In this document: piece by piece, positions 41,300 to 51,756 of the stretch
Layout of the letters: every line of letters starts with the position of its first letter
How positions within the stretch are numbered: position 1 is the stretch's first letter
NCBI GenBank assembly: GCA_963707985.1
Contig: CAVPRW010000042.1
Location: 260,555-324,554 of the forward strand
Source: an uncultured Nitrospinota bacterium
GTDB taxonomy: Bacteria > Tectomicrobia > Entotheonellia > J063 > CAVPRW01
DNA: 64,000 nucleotides
Direction: 5' to 3'
The notes under the pieces: model-generated
Seen by the model: only the letters and a program-made list of their open reading frames with translations
Databases searched by the model: none
What the model was told of the DNA's origin: nothing
Position numbers and translations under genes: made by a program

Positions 41300-42166
41300 A
41301 TGCCAACTCAGCTCCCCCTTTATACTACGAGTTCACTCCCTTTAGATGAGGCACCGTTCTTCTCGACCTCGTACGGCCTTCTATATCAGACCGATTGCTT
41401 GATGCTCTTGGGGGCGCTCAAGGAAAATGTCCTCGACTGTATTTTTGCCGATCCCCCGTTTAATCTGGGAAAGCACTACGGCAAGGGCGAAGTGAATGAT
41501 TCCCTGGGAACTGATGAATATCTGCAGTGGTCCCACGCCTGGATCAAGGAATGCATTCGCGTTCTCAAGCCTGGGGCCGCCTTATTTATCTACATCATTC
41601 CGCGATGGGGATATCATTTTGCGAGCTATCTTGAGTCGCAGGGCATGCTTTTCCGCCATTGGATTGCGGTGTCGATGAAAGGCACCTTCCCGCGTGGACA
41701 GAAGCTGTATCCTGCACACTATGCACTCCTCTATTTTACCAAAGGCCCGCCAAAGACTTTTAACCGTGTACGGCTACCAATTCCGGTCTGTCGGCACTGC
41801 GGCAAAGATATCAAAGATTACGGAGGACATCGCAAGTATTTGAATCCATTATGATTAAACCTTACCGATTTCTGGGACGATACCGCGCCAGCGCGCCATA
41901 AAAAATTCAAGTCCCGATGGCACATTAATGAGCTCAAGCCGATGATTCCCGCCCGATGCATAGAGATCTCCACACATCCGCACGAGATTATCTGTGACCC
42001 TTTTGGAGGAGGAGGATCAACCTATCAGGCAGCACAATCGCTCCACCGATATTGGCTTGGAACGGAGATCACCGAGTGTGCACCGATTGTACAGCGGTTG
42101 CAGGAGCATTGTCCCGGTCAAGTCGGCCTACCTCCTGCGGCCATGCTCCTGTCCGTCTTCGGGTAG
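41300..42166 (+). pseudogene. M.BamHI-like N4-C/N6-A DNA methyltransferase (beta class) with in-frame stop at 41852-41854
   Basis: FADPPFN, LYPAHY.LLY..KG, CRHCGKDIKDYGG, DPFGGGGST; ORFs 41300 and 41942 are in frame across one TGA. Confidence 0.8.
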
Positions 42167-42169
42167 CCC

Positions 42170-42433
42170 TTGCCTCGCATCCATGAAGAACAGCCCTACA
42201 ATGGAGCACTTGAGCGTATCAACCGCCTTGGGTTAACCCCGCTTCTTGATGAACTGCGGCAAATCCTCACAGGTTTCCCCCTACAAGTTTACGAAGAGAA
42301 GGATGCGAATGGCGGAGCAGCGGTACGGCGCATGATCGATGCGCGGTTTCGTAAGGCTGAAGGATGGAGAGGGAAACCGTCCGGGGGGATTGATTGGCGA
42401 AAGTGTTTGGTCATCAACGGGGCGAGCGTTTGA
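42170..42433 (+). pseudogene. Truncated putative type II restriction endonuclease
   Basis: Starts 3 nt after the MTase stop; 87 aa ending GGIDWRKC..NG before any catalytic E-x-K/Q; called mainly from context. Confidence 0.5.
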
Positions 42434-42603
42434 GGAACGGGCCACCACATGATTTATAACAGACCCCAAAAACCGGCTCTGCCGTGAATGGCATTAAGTT
42501 AGGCAGAACTCACGATCTTTATTGGGTGTCATGGATGTTGGTGTCTTCAACCATCTCCTGTATGTCTATGGTATCAGATACCCCGCATACAGGAGGGCAC
42601 CAG

Positions 42604-43327
42604 ATGGTCCCGAGCATTAACACTCTACTGCAACGCTTCTCGAGTGAGTGGGCCGCGCTGCGGCAACCCGACGCCATCCTCACGGTGTGCCGCAACATTG
42701 AGTATACCGCATGGCGCGACCGCGTCCTGACGCCGGTCACCACCGTCCAGCTGTTCCTACTGCAGATTCTGCATGGCAATACTGCCTGCAGCCATATTCC
42801 CCATCTGTCGGGCTTACGGTTCAGTGCGGCGGCCTACTGTCAAGCCCGCACCAGACTCCCGCTGCGCTTTTTTGCCCTCCTCTTGGAGCGCTTCGGCAGC
42901 GCGGTGCAGCGATCCGCCTTGGAGCGAAGGGCGACGGCATGGCCACCGCACCTTGTTGGTCGATGGCTCGGGATGCTCCATGCCCGATACGCCGGCCTGA
43001 CAAAAGGCGTTTGGCCAGCCATCGGAGCAACGGCCTGGGTGCGGCTTTCCCGTCGCCCGGCTCCTGGGGCTGTTCCATGCCGGCAGCGGTGTGCTCCTCA
43101 AGCTGGTCATCGCGCCTCTCCTCACCCACGACCTTGCTCAAGTGCAGGCGGTGCATCCGAGCGTACAAGAAGGAGATGTGCTGGTTCCCGATCGGGGTCT
43201 GTGTTCGTATGCCCATGTGGCCCTCCTCGTCCAGGCCTGCGTCCACGCCGTGCTCCGCGTCGGCGCGCGCCAGATGGTGGATTTCACACCGGCGCGGCCC
43301 TTTGTCAGGCCGAGCGTCACGGCTTGA
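42604..43327 (+). pseudogene. IS4-family transposase, frameshifted (~42925) and truncated
   Basis: WRDRVLTPVTT..LFL.Q, AYCQAR.RLP, LVDGS..SMPDT, GCGFP.A, GDVLVPDRG.CSY. Confidence 0.85.
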
Positions 43328-44141
43328 CCGCTGCCGCGAGTATGGCAGGCATCGGTATCTCGAAGTCCGCACCACGTTTGTGGGCGGCAATGTTGTCTCG
43401 TAGCGCGGCCCGGATTGCCTCCCTCGCACTCGGGCTCTGGGCGCGAAGTGTTGCGGCGGCGCGCACCGTGCCTTCAGTGATCGCGTCGAAGACGTGGTCA
43501 GGGTGGGAAATACGCCAAACCTGCGGCACTGGACGACAGGATGGCGAGACAAAGCCTGCACTTACCAATGCTGTGAGACTGTACTCAGGGTCGCTGAACA
43601 GAAAGAAGTTCGGACCAGTCGGAAGGCCGACTTCTATTGATCCGTGAGCGCGAATGGCGGCGTAGACGGCCCCAAGACCCACCGCGTGTTCGGGCATGTC
43701 CCATACCGTAAACGCCACGCTACCCCCTCGTTTGAGCACCCGGAACGCCTCACGCAGCGCGACGCCAGGGTTGGCAAGGTGGCACATGCCGAACCCGTTG
43801 ACGACGGCATCGAAGGTGGCGGGATCGAAGGGAAGCGCTTCCGCATCGGCTTGGTCGAACCGGACGCTGGGGTATCTCGCGCGCGCCGTGCGGACCTGTG
43901 CCGCCGAAAAATCGATCCCCATGGTGTCAGCCCCGCGCTGTGCGGCGGCCGCAGCAATGTAACCCGCCCCTGTTGCGACGTCCAACACGCGCGATCCACT
44001 GCAGATGCCCGCGGCGTCGAGGAGCGCGTCGACCGATTGGATTGTTATACCGGATAGGTGTTCATGATACTTGGCAACAACGCGCGCATCTTCCCAACCA
44101 GCCTGCTCAAATTCTCGGAATGATTGACCTGAGTTAACCAT
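43317..44141 (-). CDS. Class I SAM-dependent methyltransferase
   Basis: VLDVATGAG, DAEALPF, FRVLKRGG. Confidence 0.9.
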   Translation of the reverse strand: MVNSGQSFREFEQAGWEDARVVAKYHEHLSGITIQSVDALLDAAGICSGSRVLDVATGAGYIAAAAAQRGADTMGIDFSAAQVRTARARYPSVRFDQADAEALPFDPATFDAVVNGFGMCHLANPGVALREAFRVLKRGGSVAFTVWDMPEHAVGLGAVYAAIRAHGSIEVGLPTGPNFFLFSDPEYSLTALVSAGFVSPSCRPVPQVWRISHPDHVFDAITEGTVRAAATLRAQSPSAREAIRAALRDNIAAHKRGADFEIPMPAILAAAVKP

Positions 44142-44195
44142 CGGAGCCTCATTTCTTGAGTCCTCAGGACAGAGAGGACTGCTGCTCTTGACACC

Positions 44196-44798
44196 TTACT
44201 TAGTCCTCTCCTGCACTGGTATCATCAAGTGCTCATACGAGGTGCCTCCCCACATGATCCAGGGCCCCTCCGAGTGATGATCCGTGGAAAAGGCGGTGGG
44301 ATCTAGTTTCCCAGGGAGAACGACCATGATGTGTGGGGGCGCTGTGAGCCATTGCTCTCCGGCGGGCGGCGCAGTCGCAAAAGGATCAGTGTTGCTGGCG
44401 TCACTACCCCCTTGGAGCATGTAGGCGATCCCGAGAGCAGTGAGCATTGGCGCGGTCTTGGCCATGTATGCTTCGAGCCACACCATCCACATCTTGTCCA
44501 AGCACATGGGATCGTTGCCAGGCGAGCCGGGATAATCCGGCAGGCAGGTCCAGGCGTTGGCACCTTTGCGCAGCACGGCCAGCTTGTCCCCCTCCTTGGC
44601 TGGCCACTCCATGATGGTCGAGGCCTTGGCAATCGACGAGGGTGCCGCACTCTTCGCGTTCTGGATCTTCTCTTCCGGCGTTTTTGGCTGCCCGTGGACC
44701 ATCTGCGCGAAAACGAGCACGCCCAGGGCCAAGAACACGGAGATCATACGAGTTTGTTTCGTGACGCTTCTCCTCGTGATGGGAACGAACGCCTTCAT
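44196..44798 (-). CDS. Conserved hypothetical exported protein
   Basis: Hydrophobic signal-like segment; SAAP, WTCLPD, PMC.D, YMLQG, PPH.M, HLMIP. Confidence 0.7.
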   Translation of the reverse strand: MKAFVPITRRSVTKQTRMISVFLALGVLVFAQMVHGQPKTPEEKIQNAKSAAPSSIAKASTIMEWPAKEGDKLAVLRKGANAWTCLPDYPGSPGNDPMCLDKMWMVWLEAYMAKTAPMLTALGIAYMLQGGSDASNTDPFATAPPAGEQWLTAPPHIMVVLPGKLDPTAFSTDHHSEGPWIMWGGTSYEHLMIPVQERTK

Positions 44799-44917
44799 AG
44801 CCCCTCCCTTCTTGACAAAAGGCAACCGCTTCAAGCGCCTGCCTCACACGGGACCTAATCCTACGGCAAGCAGCGAATAAGACAGGCTGCATTCGCTAAC
44901 TGCGAAGTGCGTTTCGA

Positions 44918-45988
44918 TCATGGACGCACTTCGAAGAAGGAGTTCAGCGGGTTGCCGAAGTCACGCCGCCTGAGGCTTGCGAAGCCCGCCTCGGTCACCA
45001 TCTCCCTGGCCACGGGCTCCGTCAAGCCGAGCGTGCCTAGTCCGGCGGCCCCCGGCTCCGCGGTTGCTGGTGCCAGACAATCCAGTACCGAAATCGCATA
45101 CAGCATCCCGTAGATCGGGTCCTCGTAGTTCTGCTCGTAAGAATCTTTGCCGTTGATGTCGACGATCAGCCAGGTGCCGTCCGGCTTGATCGCCTTGCGA
45201 ATGGCGTTGATGGCGCCTTGCGGATCCACCATGTCATGGAGGCAGTCCCATGTCAGCACGAAATCGAACGTCGGGCTCGTGGGGAGTTCCGCCGCCGGCT
45301 TGAGCTGGAGCGTGATGTTCGTGAGACCCGACTCCTGGACGGCCTGTTGCGCGCGCTGGACGGCAATGGGCGCGCTGTCGAACCCCTGAAAGCGGGAGCG
45401 CGGGAACGCCCTGCCCATCTCAATCAAGGCGCGCCCCGACCCGCAGCCGACGTCCGCTACATCCGCCCCGGCTTGTAACCGCTCTACGACACCATCCAGG
45501 CCTGGGAGGATGTTCTGGACCAAGTTGTGCTGCATCCACGGGGCACTGAAGCGCATCTCCCCGTGGGCGTGGTCCGCTCCGAGGTCGTGATAGGGGCAGC
45601 CCAGGCCGCTCTTCATCGAATGCTTGAGCCGTTCCATGTTCGACAACAGCGGCCAGATCAGATGAAAGCCGCCCACACAAAAGTCCGGGCTGTCTTCACG
45701 CGCCAAGACCCGGGCATACTCGGCAGGGAAGTCATACGTCTTGCTGATGTTGTCGTAGATCAACAGTCCGGCACAGACCTGCGTGTGCAGCCACTCCTGG
45801 ACCCATCGAGGATGCAGGCCCGCCCGCTCGGCTAGCTGACTGCCGGTCAACGGACCCGCACCGTCCATCGCACGATAGAGTCCGACTTGATCTCCGAGAA
45901 AAATCATTGCTCCAATGCCAGAACCGGTGACATATCCGAGCACCCGGTTTGCACACTCTTCGATTTTCTCCCCATTGAGCTCAGCCAT
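44918..45988 (-). CDS. wHTH + class I SAM-dependent methyltransferase
   Basis: GLY..M..GPLT..LA..AGL..RWV.EWL; VADVGCGSG; DCLHDM.DP. Confidence 0.88.
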   Translation of the reverse strand: MAELNGEKIEECANRVLGYVTGSGIGAMIFLGDQVGLYRAMDGAGPLTGSQLAERAGLHPRWVQEWLHTQVCAGLLIYDNISKTYDFPAEYARVLAREDSPDFCVGGFHLIWPLLSNMERLKHSMKSGLGCPYHDLGADHAHGEMRFSAPWMQHNLVQNILPGLDGVVERLQAGADVADVGCGSGRALIEMGRAFPRSRFQGFDSAPIAVQRAQQAVQESGLTNITLQLKPAAELPTSPTFDFVLTWDCLHDMVDPQGAINAIRKAIKPDGTWLIVDINGKDSYEQNYEDPIYGMLYAISVLDCLAPATAEPGAAGLGTLGLTEPVAREMVTEAGFASLRRRDFGNPLNSFFEVRP

Positions 45989-46345
45989 CTCTGCAATCCC
46001 CCTTCATTTCTGAAACCACGCCCCGTGCTCTCCCAAAGGGCATACATTGCGCCAAGAACCGTACACGATGAACCACGAACGGATCAGACATGTGCCCCCT
46101 CACCGGTGCCCCCTGGCGACCCTACTCTTCCCCAGCCTGGGGTACCTGCTACGCCACGCTGCGCCCTCTAGTCCCTGAGCTGGGGCCACAACAGTGCTGT
46201 CATGTCTGCGTTTACTGATGACCACCCATCTGCCAGCCATCGGATCATTTCCGTTGCCTCTCATGCGGAGCAATATAAGGGTCACAGAACGGGAAGTCGT
46301 AAAAATGCCGTGCAATTTCCGTGAAATTTTTGTACTAAAAGGAGC

Positions 46346-49300
46346 ATGGATACGGGCTCGGTTTTCCTCTTCCCTCCCTTCCAGCTTGACGTGCGCGGCG
46401 AGCAGCTCTGGCGCGGTGCGCAGGCCCTCGCGCTCCGACCCAAGACGTTTGCTGTGTTGCAGTGTCTGGTCGCACAGGCGGGCCAAGTGGTCACGCAGGA
46501 CGCCCTGCTGGATGCGGTCTGGGGCCTGACGGCGGTCAGCGACACGGTGGTGCGCCGGAGTATTCGGGAGCTCCGCACCATCCTGGGCGATTCGGCCCAG
46601 CACCCGCAGTTCATTCAGACCGTGCACCGGCGTGGATATCGGTTCATCGCACCCGTGACAGCCACTCACACACCGCCGTTTCCGCTCGCTCCCACCACAG
46701 AGGGACTTCGTTCGGGATCACCCCCCACCGAGCCAACCCCTGAGGCCGTAGCGCCCCCTACCATGCCCTATGTGGACGAGGAATACAAGCTGGTGACCAT
46801 CCTCTGCTGTGCGGTGACGGATGCCCCCGGGCTCGCCTTTCATCGAGGCCCAGAGGTTATGCATCGTTTGATGCAGGCGTTTTTCGATGTGGCTCAGGAG
46901 GTAATACAGCGCTACGACGGCACGATCATGTATGTCACAGGAGAGGATTGTACCGCCGTGTTTGGCGCTCCCATTGGGCAGGAGGACCATGCGCGACGTG
47001 CCGTCCTGGCAGCGCTCGACCTCGCGCAGCGCCTGCGGGCCCACTCCTTTGGTGAGGCGCATGCGCCTAGGATGGGGGTTCACACCGGCCCCGTGGTCGT
47101 CGGCGGTCTCGCCCATGCGCCGCGGCAGCCTTATACGGCCGTGGGGGAGACCCTGCATCAGGCCAGCCAACTGCAGCGCCTGGCGCCACCCGGGTCGATT
47201 CTCATGAGCCCGGCGACCTACAGGCTGGTGCACGAGGAGGTTCGGGGTGAGGTGTACGAGGCGCTGGCTGCTACCAGCCCAGGGGCACCTCTGCCAGTCT
47301 ATACCTTGCAGGGCCTCACGCAGCGTCGGGCGGGGGTCGTTGGCCAGGGCTCTCGCTCTCGGAGTCGATTTGTGGGGCGGGAGCGGGAGCTGGCCCTCCT
47401 GCACGAACATCTCACCTATGCGGCACAGGGGCATGGGCACGTGGTGGGGATCGGCGGGGAGCCTGGGATGGGGAAGTCGCGGTTGCTCGCAGAATTCCAG
47501 CGCAGTCTGGTTGGCCAACCGGTGCGCTACCGGGAAGGACACTGCTTGCCCTATTACAGCACGACCCCCTACTTCCCGGTGTGTAGCCTGTTCCGTCAGG
47601 GCGGTGGGATCACCGAAGCTGACGAATCGGAGGTTGTCACGACCAAAGTCCAGCGCTATCTCAAGGATGCTCAGCTCAGCCCCGAAGACGACGCACCCCT
47701 GCTCCTCCAGCTGCTCGATGTGCCCGTCAGCGACGAGCGGCGGACGCGCTGGAGTCCGCAGGAACGGAAAGCCCAGACCTTTGCACTCCTACGACACCTG
47801 GTGTTGCACGACTGTCAGCAGCGTCCTCTGGTCCTGGCGGTGGAGAATCTCCATTGGGCGGATGCCACGTCAGAAGCATGGCTGACCACCCTGGTCGAGC
47901 GCCTCACAGGCGCTGCCATCTTGCTGCTGGTGACGCACAGACCTGGGTATCGCCCGCCCTGGTTGGGGCTATCGATTGCGACCCAATTAGCCCTTCCGCC
48001 GTTGCTCCCAGAGGCCAGTCGGGCTGTCGTCCAGTCGGTTCTCCAGCGCACGGTGCTGCCGGAGCCTGTGCTGCAGGTCATCGTCACCCACGCTGCCGGT
48101 AATCCCTTCTTTCTGGAAGAACTCACCTGGGTGGCAATGGAGCCCGGTACCTCGCCGGCAGTGTTAGGCATGCCCTACTCCATCCAGGCGGTGCTGGCGG
48201 CGCGTATTGATCGTCTGCCGCCCGACGAGAAGCGTCTCCTCCAGACGGCCGCGGTCATCGGCACAGAGATGGCCGTACCGCTACTGCAGGCTGTGACCGA
48301 GATGCCTGTGGACACCTTGCCCAGTGCCCTGACGCACCTCCAAGCACTGGAGCTGATCTATGAAACGCGTCGCGTTCCTGAACCGGTCTACCGGTTTAAG
48401 CACGCCCTGACGCAAGACGTAGCCTACCATTCCCTTCTGGCAGAGCGGCGCCAGGAACTCCACCGCCTGATTGGGGGTGCGATCGAGACGCTGTATGCGG
48501 ACCGGCTGGCTGAGCACGAGGAAATACTGGCCTATCACTTCTCCAAGGCTCAGGAGTGGGCGAAGGCGCTTGAGTATTTCCTCAAAGTGGCACCGAAGGC
48601 CGCCCAGGCGTTCGCCACCCGTGAGGCGATTACCCTCTACGACCACGCTGAAGCAGCCGTGGACCAGCTGGGCGAGGATGCGCTCAGCCACACCTTAATG
48701 GCGATCTACCAGGCCAAATCTGACCTCTACTTCGTCATGAGCGACTTCGAGCGCTCTCGGGCCGAGGGCGAGCGCCTCCTGACCCTCGCCCGTCGGGTCG
48801 GGGACCGACAGCGGGAGGGCATGGCGTTGGCCGGGATGGGCTGGGCCTCGTCGCGAGCGCACGACTTGGACCAGGCCCTTAGCCATGCACGCCAGGCTAT
48901 TACGGTCGCTGATGAGGTGAACGCGCCGCTGATCCAGGCCAGTGGACACTTCATCATGAGCCAAGCGTATGCGGTCACTGGCAGGCTCGACCAAGCGTGG
49001 AAGGAGGCCACCCAAGCCCTTACAAAAAGCCGATCAGTCGGGGTGACCGACCAGCGGCTCTCGATCTGGATCCCCGGCACCATCAAAAACTGGCAAGGCG
49101 AGTATGCCGAGGCGTCGCTCCTCCTCTCTGAGTCTATGCACCTCGCGCGGGAACAGAACCTGCTGTTCCCGCTCCTCTACATCTGCTTCACCTATGGCGT
49201 CACCCTCACGGGCAAAGGTGACTATGATGAGGCCCTCGCGGTGCTTCAAGAGGGCTTGGCGCTAGCTGATAAGGTGGGCGCCGAGGTTCTGCGCCCCCGT

Positions 49301-49942
49301 CTCCTCAATAGTCTCGGGTGGCTATACATGGAGCTTGGGGACTTTGACCGCGCCCTCGACCTCAATCGGCAAGGGGCCGAGGGGGCACGGAAGCGGGGTG
49401 ATCCCGAGATTATCGCCAACGCCGAACTCAATCTGGGGGACATCTTTCTGACGCAGGGCGACCTGGTCTTGGCCCAGGAATGCCTCGATGGGGTCTCTCG
49501 CTTGGTTCACGATCCGGCCACCAGCGAGCGGATGAAGTGGCGCTACACCCTCCACCTTTTTGCGAGCCTGGGGGAATTGTGGCTGGCTCGCGGCGATTTG
49601 ACTACGGCAGGCACGTGTGCCGAGCAGTGTCTGGCGCTCGCCAGGCGCACGACTTCACGGAAGTATCTCGTCAAAGGGTGGCGGCTTATGGGCGAAATTG
49701 CCCTCCTCCGCCGCCAGTGGGACGAGGCGGATGCAGCGCTCCGGCAGGCCTTAACCATCGCGCAGGCGATCGGCAACCCGACGCAGCTGTGGAAGACCCG
49801 GCTCTCCTATGGTGCTCTCTACACCGCGACCCAGCAACCAGAGAGGGCTCAACAGATGTTGGACGCTGCCGACGATGTTCTCGATCGTGTCAAGGGCAGC
49901 CTGCGCGATCCAGGGCTGCGTGCCAGCTTCATTTCCCACTGA
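46346..49942 (+). CDS. OmpR-type wHTH + degenerate cyclase + AAA ATPase + TPR regulator
   Basis: IQTVHRRGYRF, GEPGMGKSRL, ENLHWAD, GNPFFLEE, FKHALT, TPR-like helices. Confidence 0.9.
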   Translation: MDTGSVFLFPPFQLDVRGEQLWRGAQALALRPKTFAVLQCLVAQAGQVVTQDALLDAVWGLTAVSDTVVRRSIRELRTILGDSAQHPQFIQTVHRRGYRFIAPVTATHTPPFPLAPTTEGLRSGSPPTEPTPEAVAPPTMPYVDEEYKLVTILCCAVTDAPGLAFHRGPEVMHRLMQAFFDVAQEVIQRYDGTIMYVTGEDCTAVFGAPIGQEDHARRAVLAALDLAQRLRAHSFGEAHAPRMGVHTGPVVVGGLAHAPRQPYTAVGETLHQASQLQRLAPPGSILMSPATYRLVHEEVRGEVYEALAATSPGAPLPVYTLQGLTQRRAGVVGQGSRSRSRFVGRERELALLHEHLTYAAQGHGHVVGIGGEPGMGKSRLLAEFQRSLVGQPVRYREGHCLPYYSTTPYFPVCSLFRQGGGITEADESEVVTTKVQRYLKDAQLSPEDDAPLLLQLLDVPVSDERRTRWSPQERKAQTFALLRHLVLHDCQQRPLVLAVENLHWADATSEAWLTTLVERLTGAAILLLVTHRPGYRPPWLGLSIATQLALPPLLPEASRAVVQSVLQRTVLPEPVLQVIVTHAAGNPFFLEELTWVAMEPGTSPAVLGMPYSIQAVLAARIDRLPPDEKRLLQTAAVIGTEMAVPLLQAVTEMPVDTLPSALTHLQALELIYETRRVPEPVYRFKHALTQDVAYHSLLAERRQELHRLIGGAIETLYADRLAEHEEILAYHFSKAQEWAKALEYFLKVAPKAAQAFATREAITLYDHAEAAVDQLGEDALSHTLMAIYQAKSDLYFVMSDFERSRAEGERLLTLARRVGDRQREGMALAGMGWASSRAHDLDQALSHARQAITVADEVNAPLIQASGHFIMSQAYAVTGRLDQAWKEATQALTKSRSVGVTDQRLSIWIPGTIKNWQGEYAEASLLLSESMHLAREQNLLFPLLYICFTYGVTLTGKGDYDEALAVLQEGLALADKVGAEVLRPRLLNSLGWLYMELGDFDRALDLNRQGAEGARKRGDPEIIANAELNLGDIFLTQGDLVLAQECLDGVSRLVHDPATSERMKWRYTLHLFASLGELWLARGDLTTAGTCAEQCLALARRTTSRKYLVKGWRLMGEIALLRRQWDEADAALRQALTIAQAIGNPTQLWKTRLSYGALYTATQQPERAQQMLDAADDVLDRVKGSLRDPGLRASFISH

Positions 49943-49997
49943 CGCGCCGTGTCCTCTATCCGTAAGTATTGCGGATTGCATCAATTGGGTTCCAGGC

Positions 49998-50110
49998 GAA
50001 TGGCATTAAGTTAGGAACAGCTAAAAGGGGAGGCTATAGTAAATTCAGATACTTGCACTTCAACAACTGCGCGATTTCGACTTTGTTTCGGGCTTAACTT
50101 AATGCGATTC
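49998..50110. mobile_element. 113-bp MITE-like IS4 remnant (IRL + IRR)
   Basis: GAATGGCATTAAGTTAGG at 49998 is identical to the 42486 IR; inverted copy with 2 mismatches ends at 50110. Confidence 0.75.
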
Positions 50111-50446
50111 GGCTCTCCCGTAACTTTCGTGCTCAGGCATTGGTCTATCAGGCAGCGTTCAGCATCCTCTGGTCGAGCGGCGGACGTTAACTCCAAATCG
50201 ACCCACTACCCAAGGGACCATATCCTTGACGTGTTGAGGAAAAGTGGGGTACTGTCAGACGGAGAGTGAGCCACCAGGTTGAGTGGCCACATGGTGCCGT
50301 CTACCCTAGGCTTCATGGTATACTACAGCAGTTCTGAGAGGCGTATCACTTCTCTCGCAGAGGGAGAAGGAGTAAAAGCCTGTCATGGTTGGGACAGTTA
50401 TCCTGAGCAGCCCTACGCAAGGAGAGATGGAGTGCCCGCTGCGTCG

Positions 50447-51637
50447 ATGCATGTGCCATTACTCGATCTGACAGCTCAGTACGCGGCCATTGAAGCGGAA
50501 ATTCGCCAGGCGATCGACGCGGTGCTGCAGAGTCAGCGCTTTGTCTTAGGGTCGAATGTCAGCACCTTTGAGACGGAAGTGGCACACTGTTGCCAGTCAC
50601 CGCACGCCGTCGGCGTCGCCTCGGGAAGCGATGCGTTGTTGCTGGCCTTGATGGCCATCGGCATCGGCCAGGGTGATGAGGTCATCACGACGCCGTTCAC
50701 CTTCTTCGCCACTGCAGCCGCCGTGGTCCGTCTGGGGGGTGTCCCGGTCTTCGTGGACATCGATCCGAGGACGTTCAACCTCGCCGTGGAGCAAGTAAAA
50801 AGCCGTATCACCTCGCGGACTAGGGCCACCATCCCGGTACATCTCTATGGCCAGTGTGCTGACATGGCTCCCTTGCTCGCCCTGGCCAGGGAACATGGTT
50901 TGACGGTGATCGAGGATGCGGCACAGGTCATCGGCGCTGAGTACCTGCTGCCGCAGGGCAGCCCCAACGGCGGCGATACCGCGGGCACCTGGGTTCGAGC
51001 CGGTGCCATGGGGGATCTGGGCTGTCTGTCGTTCTATCCCTCCAAGGCGTTGGGGGCTTATGGAGATGCCGGCATGGTGCTGGCACGCGACCCGACCCTG
51101 GCGGAGCGTGTGCGCACACTGCACACCCATGGAGAGTCGGCGAAATACCGCCATGACCTGGTCGGCGTCAACAGTCGCCTCGACGAGCTCCAGGCGGCGG
51201 TGCTGCGCGTGAAACTACGCTATCTCGACGACTGGATCGCCGCTCGGCAGGCCAGAGCGGCTCGCTACGACCAGCTGTTTCAGGAGGCCGGCTTGGCAGG
51301 CACGCCGGATACCTGGGATGACGGGCACCCAGTCGTGGTGCCGGTAGTCAACCCCTCTTGCACGCATATTTTCTACGTTTACGCCGTTCGCGCTCGCCAG
51401 CGTGACCGGCTGCGTGCTTATCTGTCCGAGCATGGGGTAGGCACGGAGGTCTATTATCCGTTGCCCTTGCATTTGCAGCCCTGCTTTGCGTCCCTAGGGT
51501 ACCACAAGGGCGACTTCCCGGCAGCCGAGCAGGCGGCTGAGGAAGCCCTAGCCCTGCCCATGTATCCCGAGCTGAGCGAAGCGCAACAGATGTATGTGGT
51601 GCAACAGGTTGTCGACTTCTATCGCCAACTGACTTGA
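50447..51637 (+). CDS. DegT/DnrJ/EryC1/StrS PLP-dependent aminotransferase
   Basis: PVHLYGQ, IEDAAQ, SFYPSKALGAYGDAG, NSRLDELQAA. Confidence 0.93.
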   Translation: MHVPLLDLTAQYAAIEAEIRQAIDAVLQSQRFVLGSNVSTFETEVAHCCQSPHAVGVASGSDALLLALMAIGIGQGDEVITTPFTFFATAAAVVRLGGVPVFVDIDPRTFNLAVEQVKSRITSRTRATIPVHLYGQCADMAPLLALAREHGLTVIEDAAQVIGAEYLLPQGSPNGGDTAGTWVRAGAMGDLGCLSFYPSKALGAYGDAGMVLARDPTLAERVRTLHTHGESAKYRHDLVGVNSRLDELQAAVLRVKLRYLDDWIAARQARAARYDQLFQEAGLAGTPDTWDDGHPVVVPVVNPSCTHIFYVYAVRARQRDRLRAYLSEHGVGTEVYYPLPLHLQPCFASLGYHKGDFPAAEQAAEEALALPMYPELSEAQQMYVVQQVVDFYRQLT

Positions 51638-51756
51638 AAGATTTTGCAATTCCCTCGCGGCTTCGGTATAGTCAGGAGCACGATCGCCGGTCTTCCCTGG
51701 GCTTGATTCAGTCAATAACCCGATACCTTATGTATTCACCAGTATAGGAGTCTGGA

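Larger units (their letters stand above)
42486..50110. mobile_element. IS4-family-bounded composite/cargo element (7.6 kb) with 11-bp target-site duplication
   Basis: IRL GAATGGCATTAAGTTAGG at 42486; IRR CTTAACTTAATGCGATTC at 50093-50110; flanks GGCTCTGCCGT (42475-85) and GGCTCTCCCGT (50111-21). Confidence 0.75.

Noticed and set aside
41852..41854. In-frame TGA in the DNA methyltransferase as selenocysteine
   Set aside because: The position corresponds to Gly in recalled M.BamHI-like sequences, there is no evident SECIS hairpin, and the neighbouring gene is also broken.
42484..43647. 387-aa ORF as an intact transposase
   Set aside because: After ~42925 it runs out of the transposase frame and then antisense into the methyltransferase; the DDE domain is incomplete.
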